DNA of 64,000 nucleotides from Macrostomum hystrix (GCA_950097015.1 CATNEN010000034.1:6324001-6388000); one strand, 5' to 3'. Shown: positions 51,001 through 62,035, numbered from the stretch's first letter. Made by a program: numbers and translations. Notes: generated from the sequence alone by a model not told the origin.

Positions 51001-52671
51001 GCTGATGGGCCTCGGGCTAAACAGCGGCGACAAGAAGTCAGCTGGCCTCCATCGCCTGCTTCTTGGCCGCCAACGGAGCTGATCTGACGCTGAAGAACAA
51101 AAAAGGTCAAACTCCCCTGGACCTTTGCCCAGACTCAAACCTGTGCAAAGCCCTGGCTAAGTGCCAGCGTGAGCACAGCGCTAGAGCTGCCGCCGCCGCC
51201 GCCGCCGCCACCGCCGCAGCCTCGACCAGCTCTGGCGCCGACGAATGCCTGGTGTGCTCCGAGCCACGCGATTGCCTCTTCGGTCCCTGCGGCCACGTCG
51301 CCTGCTGCTACCTGTGCGCCGCCAGAGCCAAGAAGTGCCTCATCTGCAAGCAGCTGATTGCTAGTCGGACTAAAATAGAAGAGTGCCTGGTTTGCAGCGA
51401 CCGTCCGGCGGCTGTGCTATTCCGGCCATGCGGCCACATGTGCGCATGCGAAGGCTGCGCCGGTGAGTCTTACCATAGTTACCTTATCTTCCTGGCCTCT
51501 CTTCTTGTTTCCTTACAGTCTATCTTCTATACTAATTTCCATATGCTTCTCCTTATCCCCTTCCATTTCCTTTTTATCCGTTACGATTCTCCCTAATTTA
51601 TCCTATTCCTGTTTCTGATTATCCCCTTTCATTCTCCGTTTATCGCCCTAAATTCTCTAATCTCTATTTATCCCCTTCTATTCTGTTTATCCCGTTCGAT
51701 TGTCAGTTTATCCCGCTCGATTGTCAGTTTATCCCGTTCGATTCTCAGTTTATCCCGTTCAATTCTCAGTTTACCCCGTTCAATTCTCGGTTTATCCCGT
51801 TCGATTCTCAGTTTATCCCGTTCAATTCTCAGTTTATCCCGTTCAATTCTCAGTTTACCCCGTTCAATTCTCTGTTTATCCTATTCGATGTTCACTTTAT
51901 CCCGGCCCTTTCCGTTTACACATTTGTTCTTACTATTTTATTCGTTTCCGTTTCGTCAATTTCGAAAAGTGTTGCTAATGTTCCACTTTTATTTATCTAT
52001 AGATATTGTTTTTTAACTTGACTGCCTACTTATTTCAGTAGTGCAAGCAGCGTGTTTGCCGTTAATTAAAAAATTGTTTCGAATCTGCAGGCCTCATGAA
52101 AAAATGCGTCCAATGCCGACAGCCAATCCAAGAAACTGTGCCCTACGGCGTCTGCTCCGCTGAGCACCTTTTTAGCAGCCAGAAATCTGCCGGCTCGTCA
52201 TCTTCCGCAGCCACGCCAGCCGCTGCGACTGCTTCTACTGCTACTACGACTGCTGCTGCTGCTGCTGCTTCACCAACAGCTACAGCAGTTTCAGCCTCTA
52301 CCGCTAGTGCCGAATCATTGTCGAGTTTAGCAATATCGACAGCCTCCTCTAACGTGGCGGCATCCGCTTCGAGTTACCTTCTATCGTCTTCAACTTTAGC
52401 TTCGGCTCGCAATCGGACCAGAGAGCAGCAGCAACAGACCGGCATGATGAACAATGGCCAACCAGATCAGAATGCCACACTGCGCGAGATGCAAAAGATC
52501 CAGCAGCAACTATTGGACATTCGAGAACAAACCAGCTGCCCAGTGTGTCTGGATAGGCTGAAGAATATGGTGTTCCTGTGCGGCCACGGCACGTGTCAGC
52601 ACTGCGGTGACCAGATGACTGTCTGTCCGATCTGTCGCAAACCAATCGAACGCCGAGTTCTGGTTTATTGA
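39092..52671 (+). CDS. MIB1: E3 ubiquitin ligase mind bomb 1 (MIB/HERC2-ZZ-MIB/HERC2, 2 MIB repeats, ankyrins, 3 RINGs); three 1-nt insertions in this sequence
   Basis: Exons 39092-39825, 41590-42189, 43125-43670, 44720-45075, 49620-49791, 50822-51462, 52091-52671, all GT-AG and phase compatible. Hallmarks [77 protein letters not shown]. Extra bases at 39737, ~41600-41690 and 51044. Confidence 0.95.
40174..41301 (-). mobile_element. Internally deleted, decayed mariner derivative (second family) with long imperfect inverted ends, in mib1 intron 1
   Basis: TA|GGTTG ... CAACC|TA ends. Inverted similarity between ~40220-40370 and ~41138-41285. Minus-strand remnants [23 protein letters not shown]...[24 protein letters not shown] and [13 protein letters not shown]. 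Confidence 0.7.
42236..43045. repeat. 35-bp tandem repeat GGAGCTAACTCTCTCACACACTGAAGCATTGGGAT in mib1 intron 2
   Basis: About 23 units. Confidence 0.95.
43940..44640. repeat. 21-bp tandem repeat TCGATTGCTAATCCTAC(A/T)CC(G/T) in mib1 intron 3
   Basis: About 30 units; produces the NPTPSIA ORF artefact. Confidence 0.93.
45195..45490 (-). mobile_element. tRNA-headed SINE, copy 2 (mib1 intron 4)
   Basis: Colinear similarity to 22877-23183, including the head GGGTGAGTGGCAG and the 3' hairpin. Confidence 0.7.
47600..47950 (-). pseudogene. Possible decayed tyrosine-recombinase fragment (DIRS/Ngaro/Crypton-like element remnant)
   Basis: Minus strand 47865-47833 reads [11 protein letters not shown], matching the integrase box-I pattern TG-x-R-x-x-EL. 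Surrounding frame has stops; box II not recognisable. Confidence 0.3.
48995..49398. repeat. 46-bp tandem repeat GGTTGCAATATAGGATCAGATGTCCGCAGACTGGGTATGAGGGTGT
   Basis: About 9 units, 46-bp spacing (49032, 49078). Confidence 0.93.
49898..50652. repeat. 36-bp tandem repeat CTTTGTAATCCCCATCGAAGAATCTCCCTCTCGAAG in mib1 intron 5
   Basis: About 20 units. Confidence 0.95.
51660..51905. repeat. 21-bp tandem repeat TTTATCCCGTTCAATTCTCAG in mib1 intron 6
   Basis: About 10 units. Confidence 0.9.
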
Positions 52672-53889
52672 AGCCTAAGTCAATATCTTCAGATACCTTC
52701 TGAAATACATATTCTTGGATCCAGTTTACAGTAAAATATAGATTCAGATACCTAACTCCCAGTAGACTTCTCGAATCTCTGTTCAAATCCCAGTTCTCAA
52801 ATCCCAATCCAGATTCCATTTATGAAATCAAATCCCAGTCCATTACGCAGCTTTTAAATTGCTGTCAAAATTAATTTGAAATCCCATTTCAGCACTAACT
52901 TTAAGTCCCATTTGTTCTGTTGAATCGATAATATATTATAACAGTTATTGTTTATTTAGTTCTGCTTAAATGGGAACTTTAAAAGTCTTATGTTAAAATT
53001 ATATTTACAAGTAATTTAGGTAGAACTTTCGTTTAATAAATATATTAGGCATGTGTTATATGTACTAAAATATATACCTCGAACCAAACATTTGCACTTT
53101 ATAAACTTCCAATATTACTGCACCTATTTGAAAACAATGCTAAAATCGGAATATATATATTATTTTCTTTTGGCATAGAAAGTTAAACACTGTGTTAATC
53201 GTCTGCTCAACCCTTCTTTATTGTTTTCCCTCATTTAAATTTCCTGTTGAGTTGCTATACATTTTTTATTTTGACTGTCCTTATTGTCATTATTCTCAAA
53301 CATGATTATTTGATTACAATTTTCTATTTGCAAATTAAATTGTCTAGTAAACTGACAGATTCTATTGGCTTTCCCGTAAATCTATCCTTATTAACAATGC
53401 GACAGTAATTCATGAATCTATTGATCATTAGTCTATCTTTAATGCACCACCATTTCACTTTCTCTGAATTACATTTGTTCCGTATGTTAAACCTTAGAAT
53501 ATGCTGAAATAATCAGAATTTGGAGAGCTTCTGTGTGCTTCAATGTTGAATTATTTTGCTACATTTTGATTGCCTTTTCTTGTGCACGAAAGCCGCCTCC
53601 TACTATTATCTATTGAAATATACGTCAAGCCTAACTGTTTCTGCTTCCATCCAATGCCTGCTTTGTTGATTTTTTCCTTTAATACTCATTAAATTAATTA
53701 GATAATGCTCTAGTTCCAGCTATCGAGGTCTTAAAAGTACAAGTAGTTATTATGATCTGACATCCTAACCCCAAATTGTCAATCTATTGTTTTTATTTCT
53801 AAGAAATAGCATCTATCCGATAACACGCCCTTCACGAAATCCCACTTAACAAAATATCTTTGTTCGCGCATATAGATCTCAATTCTCGG

Positions 53890-54387
53890 ATTCAAATTCA
53901 GATCCTTATTCGTGAATTTCAGTTCCGATCCCTATTCTTGAATTCCAGTTCTAAAATCCCTGTTCATATCCCTATTCGTTAATCCCAGTTCTGAAACCCA
54001 AGTTCTGATCTTCTTGAATCCCAATTCTGAAACCCAAGTTCTGATCCCTATTCTGAAATCCCAGTTCTGATCCCTATTCTTGAATCCCAATTCTGAAATC
54101 CCAGTTCTGATCCCTATTCTTGAATCCCAATTCTGAAATCCCAGTTCTGATCCTTATTCTTGAATCCCAATTCTGAAATCCTAGTTCTGATACCAATTCT
54201 GTAATCCCAGTTCTGATTCCTATTCTTAAATCCCAATTCTGAAATCCCAGTTCAGATCCCAACTCTGAAATTCCAGTTCAGATCCCAACTCTGAAATCCC
54301 AGTTCAGATCCCAACTCTGAATTCCCAGTTGAGATGCCAATTCTGAAATCCCAGTTCAGATCCCAATTCTGAAATCCCAGTTCAGAC
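53890..54387. repeat. Composite ~20/40-bp repeat (TTCTGAAATCCCAG / TTCTGATCCCTATTCTTGAATCCCAA), related to the reverse complement of the 58-62 kb satellite
   Basis: GATCCCTATTCT(T/C)GAAT shared with the reverse complement of AATTC(G/A)AGAATAGGGATC. Confidence 0.85.
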
Positions 54388-54441
54388 CTGTCCTGAAATG
54401 GCTAATCGAATGTATTTCCTGCAGCGCCTGCAGCAGCCGCC

Positions 54442-54819
54442 ATGGTTAACAAGAAGGAATCCGCCCGCATGCTCCGCGGCAAGGCCAAAGCCGACCTGGA
54501 GAAGCAGCTGACCGATCTCAAGCAGGAGTTGGCCACCCTTCGCGTTGCCAAGGTAACCGGCGGTGCCGCATCCAAGCTGGCCCAGATTCACCAAGTTCGC
54601 AAGATGATCGCCAGGGTGTTCACCGTCACTCATCAGCAGCAGAAGGAACACCTGCGCCGATTTCACAAGAACGCGAAGCACCTGCCTAAGGACCTGCGGC
54701 CTAAGCGCACCAGGGCCATCAGGCGCGCCTTGACCCCACACGAAGCCGGAGCTGTCACCGCCAAGCAGCAGAGGAAGGCGCGCGCCTTTCCTGTGCGCCG
54801 TTTCGCTGTGAAGGCCTGA
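54442..54819 (+). CDS. RPL35: 60S ribosomal protein L35 (uL29), intronless CDS, divergent
   Basis: LRGK...[19 protein letters not shown]...IARV...[12 protein letters not shown]...RFAVKA stop. Full length (125 aa), no disruptions. Confidence 0.95.
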   Translation: MVNKKESARMLRGKAKADLEKQLTDLKQELATLRVAKVTGGAASKLAQIHQVRKMIARVFTVTHQQQKEHLRRFHKNAKHLPKDLRPKRTRAIRRALTPHEAGAVTAKQQRKARAFPVRRFAVKA

Positions 54820-55024
54820 ATTTTACCAGATCTGAACCTGAAGTTTGTGTTAGACTGAGGCGGTGCGTTGGAGAGAATGGGGCTTTGGAAAATACAAGCT
54901 CGTTTCAGGCAGTAGCATTGTTGCCTTTTTGGAGTCAATTCTGTTCTTTTGATCTGTTTCACTTTATTTTGCTGACTTTTTAGGATTATTGCCCTAAAAC
55001 CCCTCAGACTCATCTTCCTCTGCT

Positions 55025-55448
55025 CCCGCAGTTTCCCATCAGACACATCCCAGTCTCCGCAGTTTCCCATCAGACACATCCCAGTCTCCGCAGTTTCCCA
55101 TCAGACACATCCCAGTCTCCGCAGTTTCCCATCAGACACATCCCAGTCTCCGCAGTTTCCCATCACACACATCCCAGTCTCCACAGTTTCCCATCAGACA
55201 CATCCCAGTCTCCACAGTTTCCCATCAGACACATCCCAGTCTCCACAGTTTCCCATCAGACACATCCTAGTCTCCACAGTTTCCCATCAGACACATCCCA
55301 GTCTCCACAGTTTCCCATCAGACACATCCCAGTCTCCACAGTTTCCCATCAGACACATCCCAGTCTCCGCAGTTTCCCATCAGACACATCCCAGTCTCCG
55401 CAGTTTCCCATCAGACACATCCCAGTCTCCGCAGTTTCCCATCAGACA
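55025..55448. repeat. 31-bp tandem repeat CAGTTTCCCATCAGACACATCCCAGTCTCC(G/A)
   Basis: About 13-14 units between RPL35 and the RRM gene. Confidence 0.95.
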
Positions 55449-55511
55449 CTGATCGCAGAAGCAGAGTATTAATCAGTTTTCCCATCCGTCTGCAGCCAGT
55501 GCCCAGCAGCA

Positions 55512-56972
55512 ATGGACAATAGCGGCACCCTAACCAGCTCGCAGGACCCGCACTCGCAGCGGTCTCGCGTATTCGTTGGCAATTTAAACACGGCTCAGGT
55601 GAGAAAGCGCAACCCTATAAAAAGGATAATGTGACATTGTTGATTCCAAGCTTTTCCCCCCATGGGGGTATTTCAAACATCTCTCCCTCTTACTTCACGA
55701 TAGCTCACCGATTTTCGTTCTAGTCCACCATATGGATCAGAATTTTCCGCCCTTCACGACAAACTAACTTTGAAAACCGTCCGAGTCAGCATCATCGGGA
55801 TATTCAACGATTATTGTCGAAGATCCTGTTGACATGGACAACTAACACTGCTCTGTTTAAGCCTCTGAGGCGAAAATAATAAAAAAGCAATATAGTCTAA
55901 AATTATAGCCGACATGGTTTCATAGTAAAAATTTTTGAGCAGAAAAATGATGCCTATATTGCTGGTATTTGCCACCAGACCCCGACGAGAATCGTTGAAT
56001 ATCTCGACCGATGTTTTGTTATTCTGGAAGTTGTTTCATCGGATAGAGCGTAAAATCTTAGTCCGTGTTCTGCATTTCATGCGATTGGTTGAATCGATAG
56101 TTTAGGAGAAGCATGAAAAAACGCGGGTATTTGAAATCTAAATAATGTCGGTATCAAATGATGGCATATCCCACAAGCGGTAAAATGCCACTGCCAATTT
56201 TCCTCATCCCAGGTGAGCCGCGGCGAGCTAGAGCAGCGGTTCTCCCGCTACGGCGCCGTCATCGGCATCTCCGTGCACAAAGGCTACGGCTTTGTGCAAT
56301 TCGCAGACGAATGGTCAGCCAGAGCCGCTGTGCAGGGCGAGGATGGCCAGTTCTATCACGGCATGCGCGTCGATGCCAACATTGCCAGCGAGCCTAAACA
56401 GCGGCGCAATCTAAGCGGCGTTGTCAGCGTCAGCAGGCGGCGGTCAGCCGGCTGTTAAGCGCGCCCGTCAGGATCTGTCCGGCACAGCGTCGGTGACGTC
56501 AATTAATTCAACAGGTGGTGGGCAGGGCTTGCAGGCTAGTTCGGCTGCGCTGTCGCGCAAGACTAGCAACCTGGTGTCGCTGGTGGCGCCGTCCCACCCG
56601 GTGGCGCCAGAAGAGCAGCCGGAGAAGCGGCCTACCCTGAACGATCCAACGGTGAAGGATTTGCTGATCTGCGGTAGTTGTCGGGAGGTACTGCCGGACC
56701 TGACTAGCCTGGCCGCTCACAAGAACTCCAACTGTCGCCTGCGCCAAATTTGCCGCTGCCTTCAGGCTGGCGAACCAACCAGCATGGACTGCGGCTACTG
56801 CGGAGCGAATTTCCTCTCAGCCTGGGAGCTGCTGCTGCACTGCAGAGATGAGCACGATCTGCTGCTGTTTGGCGGCCCGCCAGCCGCTGCTGCAACAGCC
56901 GCTGCTGCTTTAACAACTGCCACCGCAGCCAGTGCTCCGACAGCTGTCAGTTCCGAGTCTAATGGCCAATAA
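55512..56972 (+). CDS. hnRNP-C/RALY-like RRM protein with C-terminal BCL11-type zinc-finger pair; 1-nt frameshift near 56411-56440
   Basis: Exon 55512-55598 (MDNSG...SRVFVGNLNTAQ|gtgaga) plus exon from 56213 (cccag|VSRGELEQRFSRYG...SVHKGYGFVQF...ARAAVQGEDG...DANIASEPK) is an hnRNP-C-type RRM. The +1 frame continues with DLLICGSC...HKNSNC and CGYCGANFLSAWELLLHCRDEH. Confidence 0.8.
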
Positions 56973-58009
56973 CTGCTGATGGCTTCAATGGATAAGGGAT
57001 TTGTATCACTGTGTGCGGCTCTGAAATTGATTGCAATTTTGCAGCTATTTACCTTGTTTGTTCCTTAACTACGTTTTCGTTTATTAACTCTACTAAACTA
57101 TAAATTGTCTGCCATGTTTTTTTTCACCGGTTTCGCACTATAGTTTACTGTCCCAAATAAACTATTTTACTACTATCAGTAGTGGCAGTCGGCCTTTGCT
57201 AAATTTATTTTTAGTAGTTCGCTTCCCTCACTGATGCTCTCTCTCTCTCTGTGTTGTTTGTGTCCGATTTGAAACACTTGCTGCATGTTCTCTACTTGCA
57301 GTAGTATCTAGCTTTTGCATGGAAACTGACATCATGCTTTTTTATAAATACATTCAATGCGGATCTATTTCGCTGCTATTGTGCATTAATAATTATTTGT
57401 TAACCATTTTCTAGCTATTGTTCTCCTTTAGCTCTCGTTTTCTTCAATTCAAAGTCTAATTGAATACCGACGAATTTAACAATTTTAACGACGAAGATAT
57501 TTTTACAATTTTTTCACTGAAACTTAATAGCTAATTTTTTAAACTTGTCATTTCTCCGCTTGATCTTAATTATGTTTTTTTATCTTTCTCTCTCGAAGAA
57601 GAATTCCTAATTTCATAATTTTGTTGCTAGAAATTTAGTTTCTATATTTTAATTTTTCCGTTTAATGGTTCATCAGAATAGTGCATTTCAGACGCGATCT
57701 GCCAATTTTACAGGCCGCCGATTTTAGCAATTCAGATATCGATTTTCACGGCTAGACAAGCGAGCGGAATTTGAATATGAGAAATGCTACTAAAAACCAG
57801 CTGGTCACAATCACGGCTCATTGTCAACGAGAATTCGGCTTTGCCTGCCACACAAATCATTTTTTACTGCTTTAAACTACGCTTAAAGACTAGAGAACGA
57901 CGATGAGAAGATTTCTAATTGACTTCTGTAAAACACTCAATTAACGCACTCAGACAACAGTCAACCACTAGTGGTATGGCGCTCTGGACGGAAACATGAC
58001 TGTCCATGA

Positions 58010-61000
58010 TCTAAACTGGGATTCAAGAATAGGGATCTATAAACTGGAATTCGAGAATAAGGGTTTAAACTGGAATTCGAGAATAGGGATTTAAACTGGA
58101 ATTCGAGAATAGGGATCTATAAACTGGAATTCAAGAATATGGATTTAAACTGGAATTCGAGAATAGGGATTTAAACTGGAATTCGAGAATAGGGATCTAT
58201 AAACTGGAATTCAAGAATATGGATTTAAACTGGAATTCAAGAATATGGATTTAAACTGGAATTCAAGAATATGGATTTAAACTGGAATTCGAGAATAGGG
58301 ATTTAAACTGGAATTCTAGAATAGGGATCTATAAACTGGAATTCAAGAATATGGATTTAAACTGGAATTCAAGAATATGGATTTAAACTGGAATTCAAGA
58401 ATATGGATTTAAACTGGAATTCAAGAATATGGATTTAAACTGGAATTCGAGAATATGGATTTAAACTGGAATTCAAGAATATGGATTTAAACTGGAATTC
58501 GAGAATAGGGATTTAAACTGGAATTCGAGAATAGGGATCTATAAACTGGAATTCAAGAATATGGATTTAAACTGGAATTCGAGAATAAGGGTTTAAACTG
58601 GAATTCGAGAATAGGGATTTAAACTGGAATTCGAGAATAGGGATCTATAAACTGGAATTCAAGAATATGGATTTAAACTGGAATTCGAGAATAGGGATTT
58701 AAACTGGAATTCGAGAATAGGGATCTATAAACTGGAATTCAAGAATATGGATTTAAACTGGAATTCAAGAATATGGATTTAAACTGGAATTCAAGAATAT
58801 GGATTTAAACTGGAATTCGAGAATAGGGATTTAAACTGGAATTCGAGAATAGGGATCTATAAACTGGAATTCGAGAATAGGGATTTAAACTGGAATTCAA
58901 GAATATGGATTTAAACTGGAATTCAAGAATATGGATTTAAACTGGAATTCGAGAATAGGGATCTATAAACTGGAATTCGAGAATAGGGATTTAAACTGGA
59001 ATTCAAGAATATGGATTTAAACTGGAATTCAAGAATATGGATTTAAACGGATTCAAGAATAGGGATCTATAAACTGGAATTCGAGAATATGGATCTATAA
59101 ACTGGAATTCGAGAATATGGATCTATAAACTGGAATTCTAGAATAGGGATCTATAAACTGGAATTCGAGAATAGGGATCTATAAACTGGAATTCGAGAAT
59201 AGGGACATATAAACTGGAATTCGAGAATAGGGATCTATAAACTGGAATTCGAGAATATAGATTTAAACTGGAATTCGAGAATATGGATTTAAACTGGAAT
59301 TCGAGAATAGGGATTTAAACTGGAATTCAAGAATAGGGATCTATAAACTGGAATTCGAGAATATGGATTTAAACTGGAATTCAAGAATATGGATTTAAAC
59401 TGGAATTCGAGAATAGGGATTTAAACTGGAATTCGAGAATATAGATTTAAACTGGAATTCGAGAATATGGATTTAAACTGGAATTCAAGAATATGGATTT
59501 AAACTGGAATTCGAGAATATAGATTTAAACTGGAATTCGAGAATAGGGATTTAAACTGGAATTCAAGAATAGGGATCTATAAACTGGAATTCAAGAATAG
59601 GGATCTATAAACTGGAATTCAAGAATAGGGATCTATAAACTGGAATTCGAGAATAGGGATTTAAACTGGAATTCAAGAATAGGGATCTATAAACTGGAAT
59701 TCGAGAATATGGATTTAAACTGGAATTCAAGAATATGGATTTAAACTGGAATTCGAGAATAGGGATTTAAACTGGAATTCGAGAATATAGATTTAAACTG
59801 GAATTCGAGAATATGGATTTAAACTGGAATTCAAGAATATGGATTTAAACTGGAATTCGAGAATATAGATTTAAACTGGAATTCGAGAATATGGATTTAA
59901 ACTGGAATTCAAGAATATGGATTTAAACTGGAATTCAAGAATAGGGATCTATAAACTGGAATTCGAGAATATGGATTTAAACTGGAATTCAAGAATATGG
60001 ATTTAAACTGGAATTCGAGAATAGGGATCTATAAACTGGAATTCGAGAATAGGGGTTTAAACTGGAATTAGAGAATGGGGTTTAAACTGGAATTCAAAAA
60101 TAGGGATCTATAAACTGGAATTCGAGAATAAGGGTTTAAACTGGAATTCGAGAATAGGGATCTATAAACTGGAATTCGAGAATATAGATTTAAACTGGAA
60201 TTCGAGAATATGGATTTAAACTGGAATTCGAGAATAGGGATCTATAAACTGGAATTCAAGAATATGGATTTAAACTGGAATTCGAGAATATGGATTTAAA
60301 CTGGAATTCGAGAATAGGGATTTAAACTGGAATTCGAGAATAGGGATCTATAAACTGGAATTCGAGAATATAGATTTAAACTGGAATTCGAGAATATGGA
60401 TTTAAACTGGAATTCGAGAATAGGGATCTATAAACTGGAATTCAAGAATATGGATTTAAACGGATTCAAGAATAGGGATCTATAAACTGGAATTCGAGAA
60501 TAGGGATCTATAAACTGGAATTCCAGAATAGGGACATATAAACTGGAATTCGAGAATAGGGATCTATAAACTGGAATTCGAGAATAGGGATCTATAAACT
60601 GGAATTCGAGAATAGGGATCTATAAACTGGAATTCGAGAATAGGGATCTATAAACTGGAATTCAAGAATAGGGATCTATAAACTGGAATTCGAGAATATG
60701 GATCTATAAACTGGAATTCCAGAATAGGGACATATAAACTGGAATTCGAGAATAGGGATCTATAAACTGGAATTCGAGAATAGGGATCTATAAACTGGAA
60801 TTCAGGAATGGGGATCTATAAACTGGAGTTCAAGAATAGGGATCTATAAACTGGAATTCGAGAATAGGTATCTATAAACTGGAATTCAAGAATAGGGACA
60901 TATAAACTGGAATTCGAGAATAGGGATCTATAAACTGGAATTCGAGAATAGGTATCTATAAACTGGAATTCGAGAATAGGGACATATAAACTGGAATTCG

Positions 61001-62035
61001 AGAATAGGGATCTATAAACTGGAATTCAGGAATGGGGATCTAAACTGGAGTTCAAGAATAGGGATCTATAAACTGGAATTCGAGAATAGGGATTTAAACT
61101 GGAATTCTAGAATAGGGATCTATAAACTGGAATTCAAGAATAGGGATCTATAAACTGGAATTCGAGAATAGGTATCTATAAACTGGAATTCAAGAATAGG
61201 GACATATAAACTGGAATTCGAGAATAGGGATCTATAAACTGGAATTCGAGAATAGGTATCTATAAACTGGAATTCGAGAATAGGGACATATAAACTGGAA
61301 TTCGAGAATAGGGATCTATAAACTGGAATTCAGGAATGGGGATCTAAACTGGAGTTCAAGAATAGGGATCTATAAACTGGAATTCGAGAATAGGGATTTA
61401 AACTGGAATTCTAGAATAGGGATCTATAAACTGGAATTCAAGAATAGGGATCTATAAACTGGAATTCGAGAATAGGGATTTAAACTGGAATTCTAGAATA
61501 GGGATCTATAAACTGGAATTCGAGAATAGGTATCTATAAACTGGAATTCAAGAATAGGGATCTATAAACTGGAATTCGAGAATAGGGATCTATAAACTGG
61601 AATTCAAGAATAGGGATCTATAAACTGGAATTCAAGAATAGGTATCTATAAACTGGAATTCAAGAATAGGGATCTATAAACTGGAATTCGAGAATAGGGA
61701 TCTATAAACTGGAATTCAAGAATAGGGGTCTATAAACTGGAATTCAAGAATAGGGATCTATAAACTGGAATTCGAGAATAGGGATCTATAAACTGGAATT
61801 CAAGAATAGGTATCTATAAACTGGAATTCAAGAATAGGGATCTATAAACTGGAATTCGAGAATAGGGATCTATAAACTGGAATTCAAGAATAGGGATCTA
61901 TAAACTGGAATTCGAGAATAGGGGTCTATAAACTGGAATTCAAGAATAGGGATCTATAAACTGGAATTCGAGAATAGGGGTCTATAAACTGGAATTCAAG
62001 AATAGGGGTCTATAAACTGGAATTCAAGAATATGG
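58010..62035. repeat. 4-kb satellite of 26-28-bp units AAACTGGAATTC(G/A)AGAATA(G/T)GGAT(TT/CTAT)
   Basis: Roughly 150 units, nearly all containing GAATTC. Confidence 0.97.

Noticed and set aside
54382-55079. Antisense ORFs over RPL35
   Set aside because: Reverse-strand shadows of the real CDS.
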